64,000 nucleotides of DNA from Tetramitus jugosus (taxonomy: Eukaryota > Protista > Heterolobosea): the NCBI GenBank assembly GCA_937625935.1, contig OW569385.1:186001-250000 (forward strand), read 5' to 3'. The position numbers and the translations under genes were made by a program. Every line of letters starts with the position of its first letter. Within the stretch, counting starts at the first letter, position 1. Below the pieces are notes generated by a model. The model was not told the DNA's origin and did no database searches. It saw only the letters and a program-made list of their open reading frames with translations. Below, piece by piece: positions 30,287 through 42,600 of this stretch.

Positions 30287-30670
30287 TCAACATCTGTAGG
30301 TCTTGTACTTCTTATGAAGATTTTCTGGTGTCTCTTGAGACACACTGGTTCTTGAAGTGCCTGATTTGAATGTGTGACCCTCTGGAATCTCTACCTTTTC
30401 ATGAAGTGAAGCATATTCATTGTCTGGCACCAGGACAGGTTCTGACTCACGACGATGAAATAGTCTTTCCTTGAATCGATGGAGCTTGTAATACGAATCT
30501 CTCTTCATTGGCTGATCATCTAGTTTCTGGGCCTCATGGAATGGATCTTCTCTTTCCTCGATCCTTGGAGGTGGCAGTGGTGGTGCAACTCCAATATCGG
30601 TCGTATTGATTCCTGCTTCTAACAGATCGAGCGGTTCAATCTCAACGTTTGTTGTTCTTCCGTAATGCAT
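30287..30670 (-). CDS. Small hypothetical protein (127 aa)
   Basis: ATG 30670 after an A/C-rich leader; Pro-rich PPLPPP; aataaaataa on the minus strand after the stop. Confidence 0.55.
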   Translation of the reverse strand: MHYGRTTNVEIEPLDLLEAGINTTDIGVAPPLPPPRIEEREDPFHEAQKLDDQPMKRDSYYKLHRFKERLFHRRESEPVLVPDNEYASLHEKVEIPEGHTFKSGTSRTSVSQETPENLHKKYKTYRC

Positions 30671-31182
30671 CTCTGTTATTGTTTTGTTTTTTGTGGTATG
30701 ATTATAATCCAACAATGAGTGGTGTGCAATGAGATAATGGTTCAACTTGTCTCATTTATTTTTGGTTTATCTCGTTGTATTTTCTGCCCAATTTTGTGGT
30801 CTTATCCAAACTCGTGTGTGCAATCTACTATTGAATCTCCTTTCATAAACTTCCCTTGTACTGTAACATCTGTGAAATACAAAGAGATAATAATTAGAAC
30901 TCAATACTTTCATGGGTCTACCGTTGTATCACCACACACTATCGGGGACAAACCAATCACCAAGAAAGATCACTTCGGAAAAACGCAATCTCTTTGGGCC
31001 TTCTGCTCCGGAAAAAAACATTCGAAATTGGCCAAGGAAAATTATTTTTGGGGACTCGGTGGTGGATGTTGATGGTCAGGAAAATTTTTGGTTTGTGAGA
31101 CAGTTGCTGGTTCTCCAACTCTAAAACACAACATAACCACCCACCCAAAAAACCAATTCGTTCGCTACATTTATACACACAC

Positions 31183-33294
31183 ATGTCCTTCTCCTCCAAT
31201 TTGTCACTTCGAGAGAAGCAACGTCTCCAAGTCACTCTCAATCATTTGAATCCATCTCATCAACATCAACAACACCAAAATAGTCAATACAATAATGTAA
31301 ACTCGACATTGATTGCACCTCAAGCGACTTCATCATCATCATCATCCCCATCATCATTGCACATTGTCAACAATAATAACAACAGTATCCAGAACAACAA
31401 TGGACAGATTCAAGTCGACAAAAACAAACTGTCAGCCTTCTTTGATGGAAAACACGGTGCATTCAAGAATCAAATTCGCTCCATTCTCAACAACAATGAA
31501 TGGGAGCATGACTTTGATGCAGACACACTGGAATACCATGATCAGAGAATGTTGATCATGAAATGGGCCAAACAACTCTCTTCTCAACTCATTTCTCATG
31601 CCAACATTGACTTGTTGTACATGTTGAGGCACGATTATGAAAAGTATGTTATTTTGATGGAGACTGCTGCTTCATTGAACAGCAGTCTAGTCATCAAACT
31701 GGCTGTGCAGTACTCGTTGTTTTGTGGAACGATTGCCAACCTTGGTACGCAACGACATTTTGACTGGGTGAACAAGGGACAACGATTGAACGTGTTGGGA
31801 TGCTTTGGTATGACTGAGAAGGGTCATGGCAGCAATGTGAGAGGCATTGAGACAACTGCTACATTTGATGTCAAGACTCAAGAGTTTGTTCTGTATACGC
31901 CTCACTTGAAAGCCATGAAGACATGGATTGGTGGTAGTGGACTCGGTCACATGTGCTGCGTGTTTGCCCAATTGATTCTCAATGGACAGAATCATGGTGT
32001 TCACGTGTTTTTGGCACCGTTGAGAGATTTGAAGACGGACAAGGTGCATCCACAAGTGTTCATGGAGGATTGCGAGTACAAGATGGGACTGAACGGCGTA
32101 GACAACTTTTCATTCGGATTCAATCACTTGAGAATCCCGAGAGAAAACATGTTGAATCGTTTCAGTGAAGTGTTGGCCGATGGTCGCTACGTCAATCGAT
32201 GTGGCACTGAAGCCAGACACTTTGGAATGACGGTCGGTGAGTTGTCTGGTGGTCGATTGTCCATTTCTGGTGTCGGATTGACCAATTGCAAGATGGCACT
32301 CACCATTGCGATTCGATATGCGTTCGAAAGAAGGCAGTTTGGTCCACCGGGCAAACCAGAAATGCCCATTATGAACTATCCGACTCACCGCAGACGATTG
32401 ATGCCACTGTTGGCACGTACCGTTGCTCTTGTTCCCTTCTTCAACTATTCGTTGCAAGTGTACGCACAAAAGGACATTGATCCATCCAGTGTACCACTCG
32501 GTCACAGTCTCTCATCCATCATCAAGGTTGTCACCTCATGGCACATGATTCACTTGTTGAGCGAGTGTAGACAGTGCTGTGGTGGAGCTGGATACAGAGC
32601 ACCAAACAAGATTTCCACACTGATTCGTGACACTCACGTGTTTGCAACATTCGAGGGTGACAATACTGTGTTGACTCAACAGACTGCAAAGTATCTCTTG
32701 GGTGTGTATGCCAACGGATTGAAGAATGGTGGTCAATTCAACAGTGTTCTCTCCTACCTCACCAACAATCAATCTTCTGATGCTCAACAATTGAGCATGG
32801 ACGAACAATTGTTGTGCCCAAAGTATCAATTGCACTTGTTCCAACAGAGAGAAGCATCCTTGTTGCGACTCTTGGCATCCAATCTTCAAAAGAGACAACA
32901 AACTGGTCAAAACGAATGGGAAGCATTCAATGAAGAACTGGTTCTGGCAAAGGACTTGGCACTCGCTCACGCAGAACGTCTCATTCAGGAGCACATGATT
33001 CAGAGCTATCAGATTTGCAGCTTTGCCAACTCTGCCATCTTGCGCTTGTTCACTCAGTTGAATGCGCTCTCTCAGATTCAAGCAGATTTGGGCTGGTTCG
33101 TGTCCAATGAGGTCCTCTCACCACTGATGGCCAGAAGAGTGGAACCATTGGTCCTGAATTTGTGCACTGAGGCCAGCAAGCACTCCTTGGCTGTTTGTGA
33201 CTCGTTCCAAATTGCAGACAAGTTCTTGCCACCTGCTGATCTCTCCAACTACACTCTGCCATCCAACACCAGATTCAGTGCTACTCAAAAGTAA
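31183..33294 (+). CDS. ACOX: Peroxisomal acyl-CoA oxidase with N-terminal PTS2
   Basis: GCFGMTEKGHGSNVRGIETTATFD; KMGLNGVDN; IAIRYAFERRQFG; CRQCCGGAGY; TFEGDNTVL; RLQVTLNHL = RL-x5-HL. Confidence 0.95.
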   Translation: MSFSSNLSLREKQRLQVTLNHLNPSHQHQQHQNSQYNNVNSTLIAPQATSSSSSSPSSLHIVNNNNNSIQNNNGQIQVDKNKLSAFFDGKHGAFKNQIRSILNNNEWEHDFDADTLEYHDQRMLIMKWAKQLSSQLISHANIDLLYMLRHDYEKYVILMETAASLNSSLVIKLAVQYSLFCGTIANLGTQRHFDWVNKGQRLNVLGCFGMTEKGHGSNVRGIETTATFDVKTQEFVLYTPHLKAMKTWIGGSGLGHMCCVFAQLILNGQNHGVHVFLAPLRDLKTDKVHPQVFMEDCEYKMGLNGVDNFSFGFNHLRIPRENMLNRFSEVLADGRYVNRCGTEARHFGMTVGELSGGRLSISGVGLTNCKMALTIAIRYAFERRQFGPPGKPEMPIMNYPTHRRRLMPLLARTVALVPFFNYSLQVYAQKDIDPSSVPLGHSLSSIIKVVTSWHMIHLLSECRQCCGGAGYRAPNKISTLIRDTHVFATFEGDNTVLTQQTAKYLLGVYANGLKNGGQFNSVLSYLTNNQSSDAQQLSMDEQLLCPKYQLHLFQQREASLLRLLASNLQKRQQTGQNEWEAFNEELVLAKDLALAHAERLIQEHMIQSYQICSFANSAILRLFTQLNALSQIQADLGWFVSNEVLSPLMARRVEPLVLNLCTEASKHSLAVCDSFQIADKFLPPADLSNYTLPSNTRFSATQK

Positions 33295-33432
33295 GCCAGC
33301 TAAATGCTAAATTGACTTTTACAGTCTTCGTTGTATGTGTACACTATCTTTTTATGTAACTCATGTGGTGGAGAAAATTCATTTGATCTCTCCCCAAATA
33401 AAAACTCATCCAATCAAAAAACAAACTGCAGT

Positions 33433-34281
33433 ATGGCCAATGTTATCATCACAGGTGCATCCAAGGGTATTGGACTCGCTTTTGTGAGACATTTTGTGAA
33501 TTGTGAAGCCAATCGCATCTTTGCCTGTTCAAGAACCTTGTCAGATGATTTGCAGGGTCTGATCCAGTCAAGCCGATCTCAACAAGTACAATTCGTGCCA
33601 TTGGATGTTCAATCCGAACAGTCGATTCAAAGTGCATCTCGCACGATTGAACAGCAATTGACTACCACCAGTGTTGATGATGAGAAGGAACAGCAGAGCC
33701 TTAAGATTCATCTGTTGATCAATAATGCAGGTCACTTTGTTCCGTTTGAAGCATTGGACAATGTGGAATATGGATCCTTCATGTCCAGTATGGCCACCAA
33801 TGCGGCTGGGCCTCTTTTCTTGTGGAAAAATGTCCGGCACTTGTTGTCAATGGACAATTGTAAGATTGTTCAGATTGGTTCCATGATGGGAAGCATGGAC
33901 TCTATTACCTATTCGGATGGAAATCCAAGTTATCGATGCTCCAAAGCAGCTCTCAACATGTTTAGTATCCTGCTCTCTAATTACTATGGACAGTTAAGGA
34001 CGAAGGAGTTGAAACAAAGGCAGAAACAAGAAAAGATGGATCAGAACAGAAGGAACAAGAACACAGTGAATAGTCTAACGGACGCCCCTATTCCGTTCAA
34101 TGTCGTTTCTGTTGTCCTGCATCCAGGTCATGTCCAGACAGAAACAGGCAGCTGGAGTAGGAAGAAACCGCCACTCACACCGGATGAGAGCGTGCGAGCC
34201 ATGATGAAAATCATAGACAATGTAACACTGGAGGATAGTGGTAAATTCTTTAGCTATGACGGCTCAATTTTACCATGGTAA
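33433..34281 (+). CDS. Short-chain dehydrogenase/reductase, CsgA/C-factor-like
   Basis: ITGASKGIG; LINNAG; YRCSKAALNM; LHPGHVQT; SGKFFSYDGSILPW. Confidence 0.9.
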   Translation: MANVIITGASKGIGLAFVRHFVNCEANRIFACSRTLSDDLQGLIQSSRSQQVQFVPLDVQSEQSIQSASRTIEQQLTTTSVDDEKEQQSLKIHLLINNAGHFVPFEALDNVEYGSFMSSMATNAAGPLFLWKNVRHLLSMDNCKIVQIGSMMGSMDSITYSDGNPSYRCSKAALNMFSILLSNYYGQLRTKELKQRQKQEKMDQNRRNKNTVNSLTDAPIPFNVVSVVLHPGHVQTETGSWSRKKPPLTPDESVRAMMKIIDNVTLEDSGKFFSYDGSILPW

Positions 34282-34308
34282 ATGAACAGAGTGTTGGGAA
34301 CTCTTATT

Positions 34309-37300
34309 TTATTCGTTACTCAGTGTGACTGGATACCTTCGTTTGTAATTGAGAGTAATGACAGAGGAGTTTGGATCTCTAAAGAACTTGTTTGCCACAC
34401 CCAGACTAAATTCACTCTTGAGCAACTTTCCATTGCACCAAATTTCGAGATATTCGTGTGGTTGCACAGGGTTCTCTTCTGGAGTGGTGTCAGAGGCTCG
34501 AGGAGACTTTGTTAATTTGTTCAATGGCGCCTTCAAGAAATTGGATATTGCATTTACCGCACCACCTCCGCCAGTGCTTGCAGAAACAGCTGCTGGTGTA
34601 GTGTTGGGCAGCGTTGATTGATTCTCAAACTGTTGTTTCATGGCTTCAAACTGTTGACGTGTTGGTAATTTCAGATTCAATTTGTCCACCACATATTCAG
34701 CTACTTTGCTCATCCGAAGCAACCTCGATGCATTTAATCTTGAATGACCCTCAGGAATATTTCCTAGTTGGTCATCCATCGGTGTTAGGAAGAAGGTAAT
34801 CTTTTGCATTGTTGGACGTGGAGCAATTCCTTGCAACAGACACTCCTTGATCCAATCAGGAACAGCTCTTGCATGCTCATCACTGCCTGAGAAATCTAAT
34901 ACACATAATGTTAGCAAAATGAAACACTTATTAAAACAATGGAAAATGTGCTTCTTACCTTGTATACGTTGTTTGAATGGGATCGCACTCATACTTAACA
35001 TCCTTTCATTATGAACAATCACTGGTGTATCACCTGGCAATGTGTACATTAATGGAAGTTTCACCTCGAACACATCCTCCAGTCTCTCTGGCTCTGCTTC
35101 AGTTTCGTCTTTGGTCTCCTCTGTTTGTGAATCTGCTTCTTCTTTCTGGGCAGTGGCTTCAGATGGAATGGTATCGACTGGCTGTTTAGATTCGGTCTTC
35201 TCTGTAGTGTCAACTGGCACTGAACTATCCTTTGTCTCTTCATTGCTATGATCAACTACCAGAGCGGATTTCTCATTCTCTGTGTCGTCGTCTTGATTTT
35301 CATCATGATTATTCGACTTTTCATCGTCGTTGCCCTTGCCTTGAGAATCCTTGTTGGGCAGTGATTGTTCTTCATCGCTGTCATGATTGCTCTCATCTGA
35401 GTCTGAGTGATCAGAAGAGGTATAATCATCTTCCACTGCTCTACGATACTCCACCTCCTTGCGCTTCCTGAACCAGTCTCCGAACAGAGCTTGAATAATG
35501 AGAAAACCCATATTGACTCGATCATCGGGCTGAGCATCACTGAACCCTGCATCCGTTGCATGAACCTCTGCATAGAAACAACTGCTATAGTCGAGCAGAA
35601 CTTCGAGACAACCCAATTTAGTTTGTATCGTGAACCAACTAGGTATGGCTACATATTCGAACAATTCCTTTTGCTCCAACTCTGGTAGACTCATCATTTG
35701 AAGCACCATAGGTTCATAGTCCTCTTCGTTGAACGATTTAATGAACCTTCCTGTACAAATGTCCCACAGAGTCACACGATTATGATCGTCTCTCGCCAAC
35801 ACGTGTCTCCTATTGTTACAAATGTGGTATTGAGTGATGGCAGGTGCGTTGGGTATGGAGTACAGAGGAGGATCACTTGGATTGGGAGCTGTGTGATCAT
35901 GTGCACTTGAAGGAGCAACATTTGTACTCGTACCACTCGATATGCTTCTTGAACGTCCTTTGAATGAAGAACTGAGTGCCGCGCTGCTCGACCTTCTCAT
36001 TCTCAGTGGACTTGTATTGCCCAGACTACCACCACTACTGCTCATTGCACCACCAGTAGTTGTGGTTGTTGCATCTCTCGTGCTGCTTGTTTGAAGTTCA
36101 AACAGTCGTTCTCTGTGTCTCTTGCACTTTTCTAATCGACTACTATAGTCATACTGGTGGATACTAAAGCATGAATTGCCTCCTGTACCACTAGTAGTAG
36201 TAGCTGTAGTATCTGTCAAAGTACCAGGAGCAGCAGTTGTAGTAGCTACATAGAGCTTTGATAAATCAGTGCTCGTACACAGTGATAACACTGGTTGATT
36301 GCACTGAATCAAATGATAACTAGACGAGTTCATCATTGATTGATGATGATGATGATGATGTGAAGCAGCAGAAGCAGCAGTAGTCGTAGCAATAGAGGGA
36401 GCAGAGGAAAATACATGCACATTGCCATCTCTACCACCTGCAATCACATCCATACTTGACGACACTGATGGTGATGAACATGATGACGATGACAACGACG
36501 ATTCCATCATGGTGGATGAAGAGTGAGAAGACGGAGAGTGAAGACACCACACTGAATCTGAAAACAAGTAAGAAAACGTGTGATAGCATCTCTCTGTTCT
36601 CACATCCCAATACTTGACTGTTCCATCTGAACTGGCACTCACAATGGTTCGATCATGATTGGTCATGATGATTTGTCTAATGTTGTCCTGATGACCTCTC
36701 AATTTGATGACTACTCCCGTTTCATTCGATGTTGATGATGTTGATGACGATGGTTTAACATTATAGTTGTTATTGTTGGTGTGAATCCATGAGAGATGAC
36801 GCGTATCATACAGTCTAATATATTGATCAGATGATCCAGTAGCAATCAATGATCCACTCTGATTCATCACACATGTATAGATACTATTCTTGTGATTCAA
36901 GTATGCCAAATGACTCTGACTATAGTTGATATGATGATGATGATTGTTGTGATTGTTGTGATTACTACTATTGTCATGAGTGGGATCATGATTGGGAACA
37001 ATGTGATTGAGATCCCATAGATTGACATGATTATCGAATCCTCCAGTAATTAACCATTGTTTACACGGGTTATAGTAGATACATTTGACATAGTCATAGT
37101 GAGCACGTATGGTTGCTCTGTGATTCACTTGATGAATGATATTGTGATGATTGTTTTTGTTTTTGTTGTTATTCGTGTTGTTGAATAATGATGAATCATC
37201 ATCATCATCATCATCATTTTGTTGTTGTTGTTGCTGCTGTTGTAATTGTACTTGATGAAATTGAACAGTATTGTCAGAACTGGCACTGGCAATCAAGAAT

Positions 37301-37743
37301 TGTTCATCACTATTGTTGTTTTGGATGACACATTGGTCATTGATCCAATCTACATGATGATCAATGGAATGAATCATTGATAATTTTGTATTATTAGTAG
37401 TATTCGTATTATTATTAGTATTATACTCTTCATTATTACTTGTCTGATTGTTGTTGTTGGCATTCCATATTTTAATCGTACCATCTCTTCCACCACTCAA
37501 CAATAAATTGACTTGATTATCACTTGTGGAATAATAGGAGAGTTTATTGACTGCAAATCGATGATGATTGTCATATTGGTTGTTGTTGTTGTTGTTGTGA
37601 TGGTTGTTGTTTTGTTGTATGAGATAGGATATTTTGGATCGGACAATGGGTTGTTGATGCTGTTGTGGCAACAATTGTGGTTGTTGTGTTCGTTGCTGTG
37701 GTTGTTGTTGTTGTTGTTGCTGTTGTTGTTGTGTTGGATTCAT
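34309..37743 (-). CDS. WDR48: WDR48/UAF1 (USP1/12/46 cofactor); probable in-frame intron 34896-34958
   Basis: LLSGGRDGTIKIW; HHVDWIND; AHYDYVKC; KLRGHQDNIR; NNRRHVL; IPSWFTIQTKLGCLEVLLD; RLNASRLLRMSKVAEYV; YLEIWCNG. Confidence 0.92.
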   Translation of the reverse strand: MNPTQQQQQQQQQQPQQRTQQPQLLPQQHQQPIVRSKISYLIQQNNNHHNNNNNNQYDNHHRFAVNKLSYYSTSDNQVNLLLSGGRDGTIKIWNANNNNQTSNNEEYNTNNNTNTTNNTKLSMIHSIDHHVDWINDQCVIQNNNSDEQFLIASASSDNTVQFHQVQLQQQQQQQQNDDDDDDDSSLFNNTNNNKNKNNHHNIIHQVNHRATIRAHYDYVKCIYYNPCKQWLITGGFDNHVNLWDLNHIVPNHDPTHDNSSNHNNHNNHHHHINYSQSHLAYLNHKNSIYTCVMNQSGSLIATGSSDQYIRLYDTRHLSWIHTNNNNYNVKPSSSTSSTSNETGVVIKLRGHQDNIRQIIMTNHDRTIVSASSDGTVKYWDVRTERCYHTFSYLFSDSVWCLHSPSSHSSSTMMESSLSSSSCSSPSVSSSMDVIAGGRDGNVHVFSSAPSIATTTAASAASHHHHHHQSMMNSSSYHLIQCNQPVLSLCTSTDLSKLYVATTTAAPGTLTDTTATTTSGTGGNSCFSIHQYDYSSRLEKCKRHRERLFELQTSSTRDATTTTTGGAMSSSGGSLGNTSPLRMRRSSSAALSSSFKGRSRSISSGTSTNVAPSSAHDHTAPNPSDPPLYSIPNAPAITQYHICNNRRHVLARDDHNRVTLWDICTGRFIKSFNEEDYEPMVLQMMSLPELEQKELFEYVAIPSWFTIQTKLGCLEVLLDYSSCFYAEVHATDAGFSDAQPDDRVNMGFLIIQALFGDWFRKRKEVEYRRAVEDDYTSSDHSDSDESNHDSDEEQSLPNKDSQGKGNDDEKSNNHDENQDDDTENEKSALVVDHSNEETKDSSVPVDTTEKTESKQPVDTIPSEATAQKEEADSQTEETKDETEAEPERLEDVFEVKLPLMYTLPGDTPVIVHNERMLSMSAIPFKQRIQGKKHIFHCFNKCFILLTLCVLDFSGSDEHARAVPDWIKECLLQGIAPRPTMQKITFFLTPMDDQLGNIPEGHSRLNASRLLRMSKVAEYVVDKLNLKLPTRQQFEAMKQQFENQSTLPNTTPAAVSASTGGGGAVNAISNFLKAPLNKLTKSPRASDTTPEENPVQPHEYLEIWCNGKLLKSEFSLGVANKFFRDPNSSVITLNYKRRYPVTLSNE

Positions 37744-37836
37744 GATGATGGTGATCCTGAGTTGTGCGAGCTGTGATTGTTGTTTTGTTTTGTTCGAAGC
37801 AAACTATTTTTTTGTGATCTTGCGGGGTTTTCTGGC

Positions 37837-39139
37837 TCAAGGTTTCCAGGCCACTTTATTGATGCAGACAGTGAGACAATTCAAGTATTGAAAATTGAGA
37901 CTCTGGAGTGATGCTGGGGAATCATTGTCTGTCTTCTCTACTTCAAAGGATAGTTCGGACTCGAGCTCTTTTCGAGCTGTTTGCAGGAAAGGTAATTGAT
38001 CCATAAAGAAACGACGTGCCAGAGGATGTTCACTTACATTGGTGATGAATCTCAAGATGTTCACTTTGGTTTGTTTGGATTCAGATGGAGATTGTAACAG
38101 TTTTTTCACTGGAGTGAGGTCAGAGATGGATGATATGCATTGATCCTTGGCTAACTTGGCTACAGTGATCTGAGCAAGACAATTGATACTAGATTGCCTC
38201 ACTGTTTCATCCTGGTGACCGAATAACGGTATCAGAGAGTAAACAGATTCCTCCTTCACTGCTTCATCTCTACCCGGATGATTGAAACATATGAGAGCTA
38301 ATACATCACAGGTAACACTTAATAGATCTGCCTTCACTTTTTCCTCATTGTAGGAAGATAAAATGTTCGTTAGAATAGATACACTCTGATATTTGAGACT
38401 CTCTTCATCGACACCCTTTGAGTATAGCGCTCTCTGTAATACTCTCAAAGCTTCTGTTTTTATCGCTTGATTACTACCCTGTTTGGCCTTTAGTAAAACA
38501 AGGGATACAACATTGTCCCCTAATACTTTACATCCATGTTCTTCTCTTCCGATGTTCTTCAAAACTCTCAGAGCGTTTTCTTGAACCTTCTCACTGTGAT
38601 CCTCCTCTGCCCTTCTCTTCAATATTGATATCGTTTTAGGCTCTTTAATCAGAGTATCACGTCCTTGTTTCACCGAAGATATGTATGTTAGGGCATCCAA
38701 AGAATTCTCTCTCGAAAAGTCGTCATTATCAGTGGCTAAATGCAAGAGATGGGGTATAGAGCCAGTATTGATCGATGAGATACAATTTTCTTCTTTCAAT
38801 TTAAACAGTTCTATCAGCCCAGACACTGCTCTTTGTCTCAATACCAGCACTGGTGATTCTAACAGTAAAGTCTTTAATGTGTACAGACATAGGCGTTAGA
38901 ATGACTCAACAGAGAACGGCTCACTTATCCTCCAATTGACGAAGATTCGTACATACTAGTTTGGGGTAGATCCTTGCCTCATAGGCAAAACTCACGTCCT
39001 CCGGATCCTGAGGGGTCACGTTCTTCTTGCATGAGAATTTTGCAATGTGCCTCCCATTTGTTTCGAATCCTTTTGACTCCTCTGGTATGTATTCCTCGCT
39101 GCGTAACCATTTTGTTGAGTAAAACAATAACTTGGGCAA
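37837..39139 (-). CDS. RSPH14: Radial spoke head 14 homolog (ARM repeats); 5' end unresolved
   Basis: DVSFAYEARIYPKL spliced via intron 38956-38872 to TLLLESPVLVLRQRAVSGL; ARM repeats; C-terminal INKVAWKP. Confidence 0.75.
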
Positions 39140-39698
39140 TATCTGCTATTGAAAAACTCCCACATACCCTAGATACCTCTCTTTGATGACTTGCCACATG
39201 ATGCTGTTTCCAATATGTTTGCTAGCTTCCTTTCCGTAATTGAGCCAGTCATGATAATTTTGGCGTCTTCTTTTTCCCCGAAAGCGGACGAATATTCATT
39301 ATGACGTTTGAAGCACTGACATCAAGAAAAATGACAATCCACCCTTTCACCCAGGAAGGCCATCAACCATCGAAAAACGGACGTGGGGAATACCGACGAC
39401 GACATGCACTCCAGCTTTTAGGTTTAGTTTGAAAACTCGTGGAATCGGGAGAGAGCCCCAAAAAACCCTCAACTAATTCACTGACCGACACATCGCCCTA
39501 ACCATCAACGACATTTAGTCACCCACGCCATTCTGTTTTGTTGTGTCACCCTTGTGTTGTTGTCTCGAGAACAAACAAGTCAATAAATACAAAAACCAAC
39601 ACGTGTCCAATATCAACAACCATAATAACAACAACCATAACAACAACAACAACAACTCTACCACCACTACTACGACAACTACGACTGCGACTGCGATC

Positions 39699-42600
39699 AT
39701 GCTACCGACGACCATATCACCATCAGCATCATCAGAAATGATGACCAGTAGAAGGAGATTGACACCAGGTACTCCACCAACACCCATCTCCCCTACGCAT
39801 CACTATCATCATCATCATCACATTAATCATCACCTACACATGAATCAACAACAACAACAGTACTTCTATCCAACATCCAATGGTTCATCAGGAGGAGGAG
39901 TAGCATCGACATCCACAGCCATATCACCCACCAATAACAGTAATAGTTCTCCACCGACATCACGGTCATCTTCACCTCTTCTCTCTCATATATCAACTGT
40001 CAACAGTTCAACAACAAATACAAGTTCACCATTACCCATTCATCATCATCATCATCATCGACCATTCAATAGTAATAACAACAACAATAGTAATAACAAT
40101 AATAATCATATTCGAAAGAACAATAACAATAAGAAATGGAAAACACGATACACAATGATGCTATTCCTCTTTGTATTCTTCATGACATCATACTATTACT
40201 ATGTTTATTACAATAGTAGTAGTAGTCAACATGAGCATGATCAGATTGCCAAAATGCTACAACAACAACAACAAAAGAATCATCATCAATTCATTGATGA
40301 TTATCATGTGATGAGTAATCGATGGAAAGAGTATGATCACAGTGGAGAATTGAATCGAATGAATCACGAGTCACAATACAAGAGAAGAAATCGAGACAGT
40401 AACCAACATGGTGATGGTGGTGGTTCCTCTCATCACTCTGAATTCTCATACAATAATAACAACAACAATAACAACAACAATAATAGAAACAATGTCATGA
40501 TTATTGATGATCACTTGTCTATTGAACAAAAGTGGTACATGGGACTGTTTAATGAACAAGCAGTGAGTTCAGATCAGTGTGGTACACTACAAATCTCTCA
40601 CAATCCCAATCAACAACTCATTCAATTCTTTACCATGTCATACAATCACTCTCTCTACACTACTAATAATAATGACCATCATGGTGCAAGTCATATTGAC
40701 ATGTATGAGAATTTGTCATCCATTGTTCAATCATCATCCTCACTCGCATCATCATCATCCTCTTCATCATCATCCAATGATCAAAACAATCTACTGAGAA
40801 AGTCTCACTTGGTTCCAGAGATGAATCCCAAGTGTTCATCTGTGTCCATGTTTAGTCACGTACAGGACTTGAGTCACTCTTATCACATTGTATGTCAACC
40901 ACAACCACAACAACCACAACAGCAACAACAGCAAACACCCAAGAGTAACAACAACAACAACAACAAGAAGAAGGGAGATGATTTTGTGGGAGAGTACACC
41001 ATTTACAGAGAGAACAACAATCATTATCAAAAGGATGGACCTATACTGCCCAATCAACCCAAAATTACCTATCAATCCGACAGGGATGAAATCTTTCATG
41101 CCATGTGTCATCACTCGAATCATAATCATAATAATAATAACAATAATAATAATAAGAATAATAGTGGTGGTGGTGGTGAAAAGAGACAAAATGTGTTTGT
41201 TCGAGTGGCATACAATGAAACATTGGCCAATCAACAACAATCACTGTACAATGAATTGCATCAGACAATGATTCATGGTCATTTGAGACCTGTTCCACAA
41301 CAAGACTCTATTCAATTCCTTGTCATTCGATTCAATCGTCTCAGTAGACAATCATTCATGAGAAGTATGAGATATTTGAGTCAGTGGATTGAATCATCTC
41401 TGGAATATGACTCCATGTCTCAATACCGTGTTCTTCAATTCTTTAGAAAGCAATTGTCATCATCATCACCATCATCATCGTCATCTTCATCATCATCAGA
41501 AATGAACAATCATTTGTTGTCCATGGCAAAGCGCATGGGATACATGACATTTGAAACCAGCAATCAATATTTTGATTGTCAGAAGAGTCAGCAGAGTGGT
41601 GATGATGATCAGCAGGAGAAGAGTAGTCGTGGTCATGGTGGTGGTGCACATCATCAATTGAATCGATTATCATGTCTCATGAACAAGTATCGAACAGTAG
41701 TAGACAAATCATCCATCGATTCAGCAACAACTCTGAAAAACAAACGAAATTGTCTCCATGGAAAGAACGTTGAAGAGTACAATATGGAATACGTGGAAGA
41801 CTTTTTCCAAAAGTATCGCAATCAGGCCAAATTCGGTGTCATGAACTTTGTGTTGGATCAGCACAACAGTGGATCATCATCATCATCATCATCCATTGTG
41901 AACGATGGGAATCAAATGGCAGATTTAGACTACTTGTTGGCCAAGTTCCTCCAGAGACTCACAATGAAGAGTCACCAAAAGAATTTGTTTATCGTGTTGA
42001 GCAGTGATCAAGGTCATGATGTCGGTCCATTGTACACGACTCAGATTGGTCAACTGGAGCATCGATCACCACTGCTCATGATGATTGTTCCTCATGTCAA
42101 GATGAATGCACTGTCATCCAATGTGTACTCTCGTGTCATTGAGAACTTGGCTCACAATCAGAATGAGATTATTGTGGACTGTGACGTGTTTCATACGATG
42201 TCTCACTTGCTCAACTATCCAAATTCATTGAACTCTGCTCATGAGTCAACCAAACAAATGGTGACTCAATCCATGAGACAATTGTTCTTTAACAGTGCAA
42301 CGTCATCGAGCTCTAATTATGGTATTCAAGATTGCAAGGTACTGCACAGACAACAAGCGGCAGGTCATGGTCAATCGTGCAACACGTTCCACAATGATCC
42401 ACTCGTTCAAACCAGTTGTTCCTGTCCAGTGCAACAACAAGTCTCACTGCAGAGAAAGAAGAAGTTGATCAACAGTGCCATCACTAGTCATCGTATATTG
42501 ATGAACGGAGAGATGAGAGGAGGTGATACCATACGTCCATACTCACAGGATCAACTGGTTTCCATTGCTCAAAAGAGTGTTCAATACTACAATGACAATC

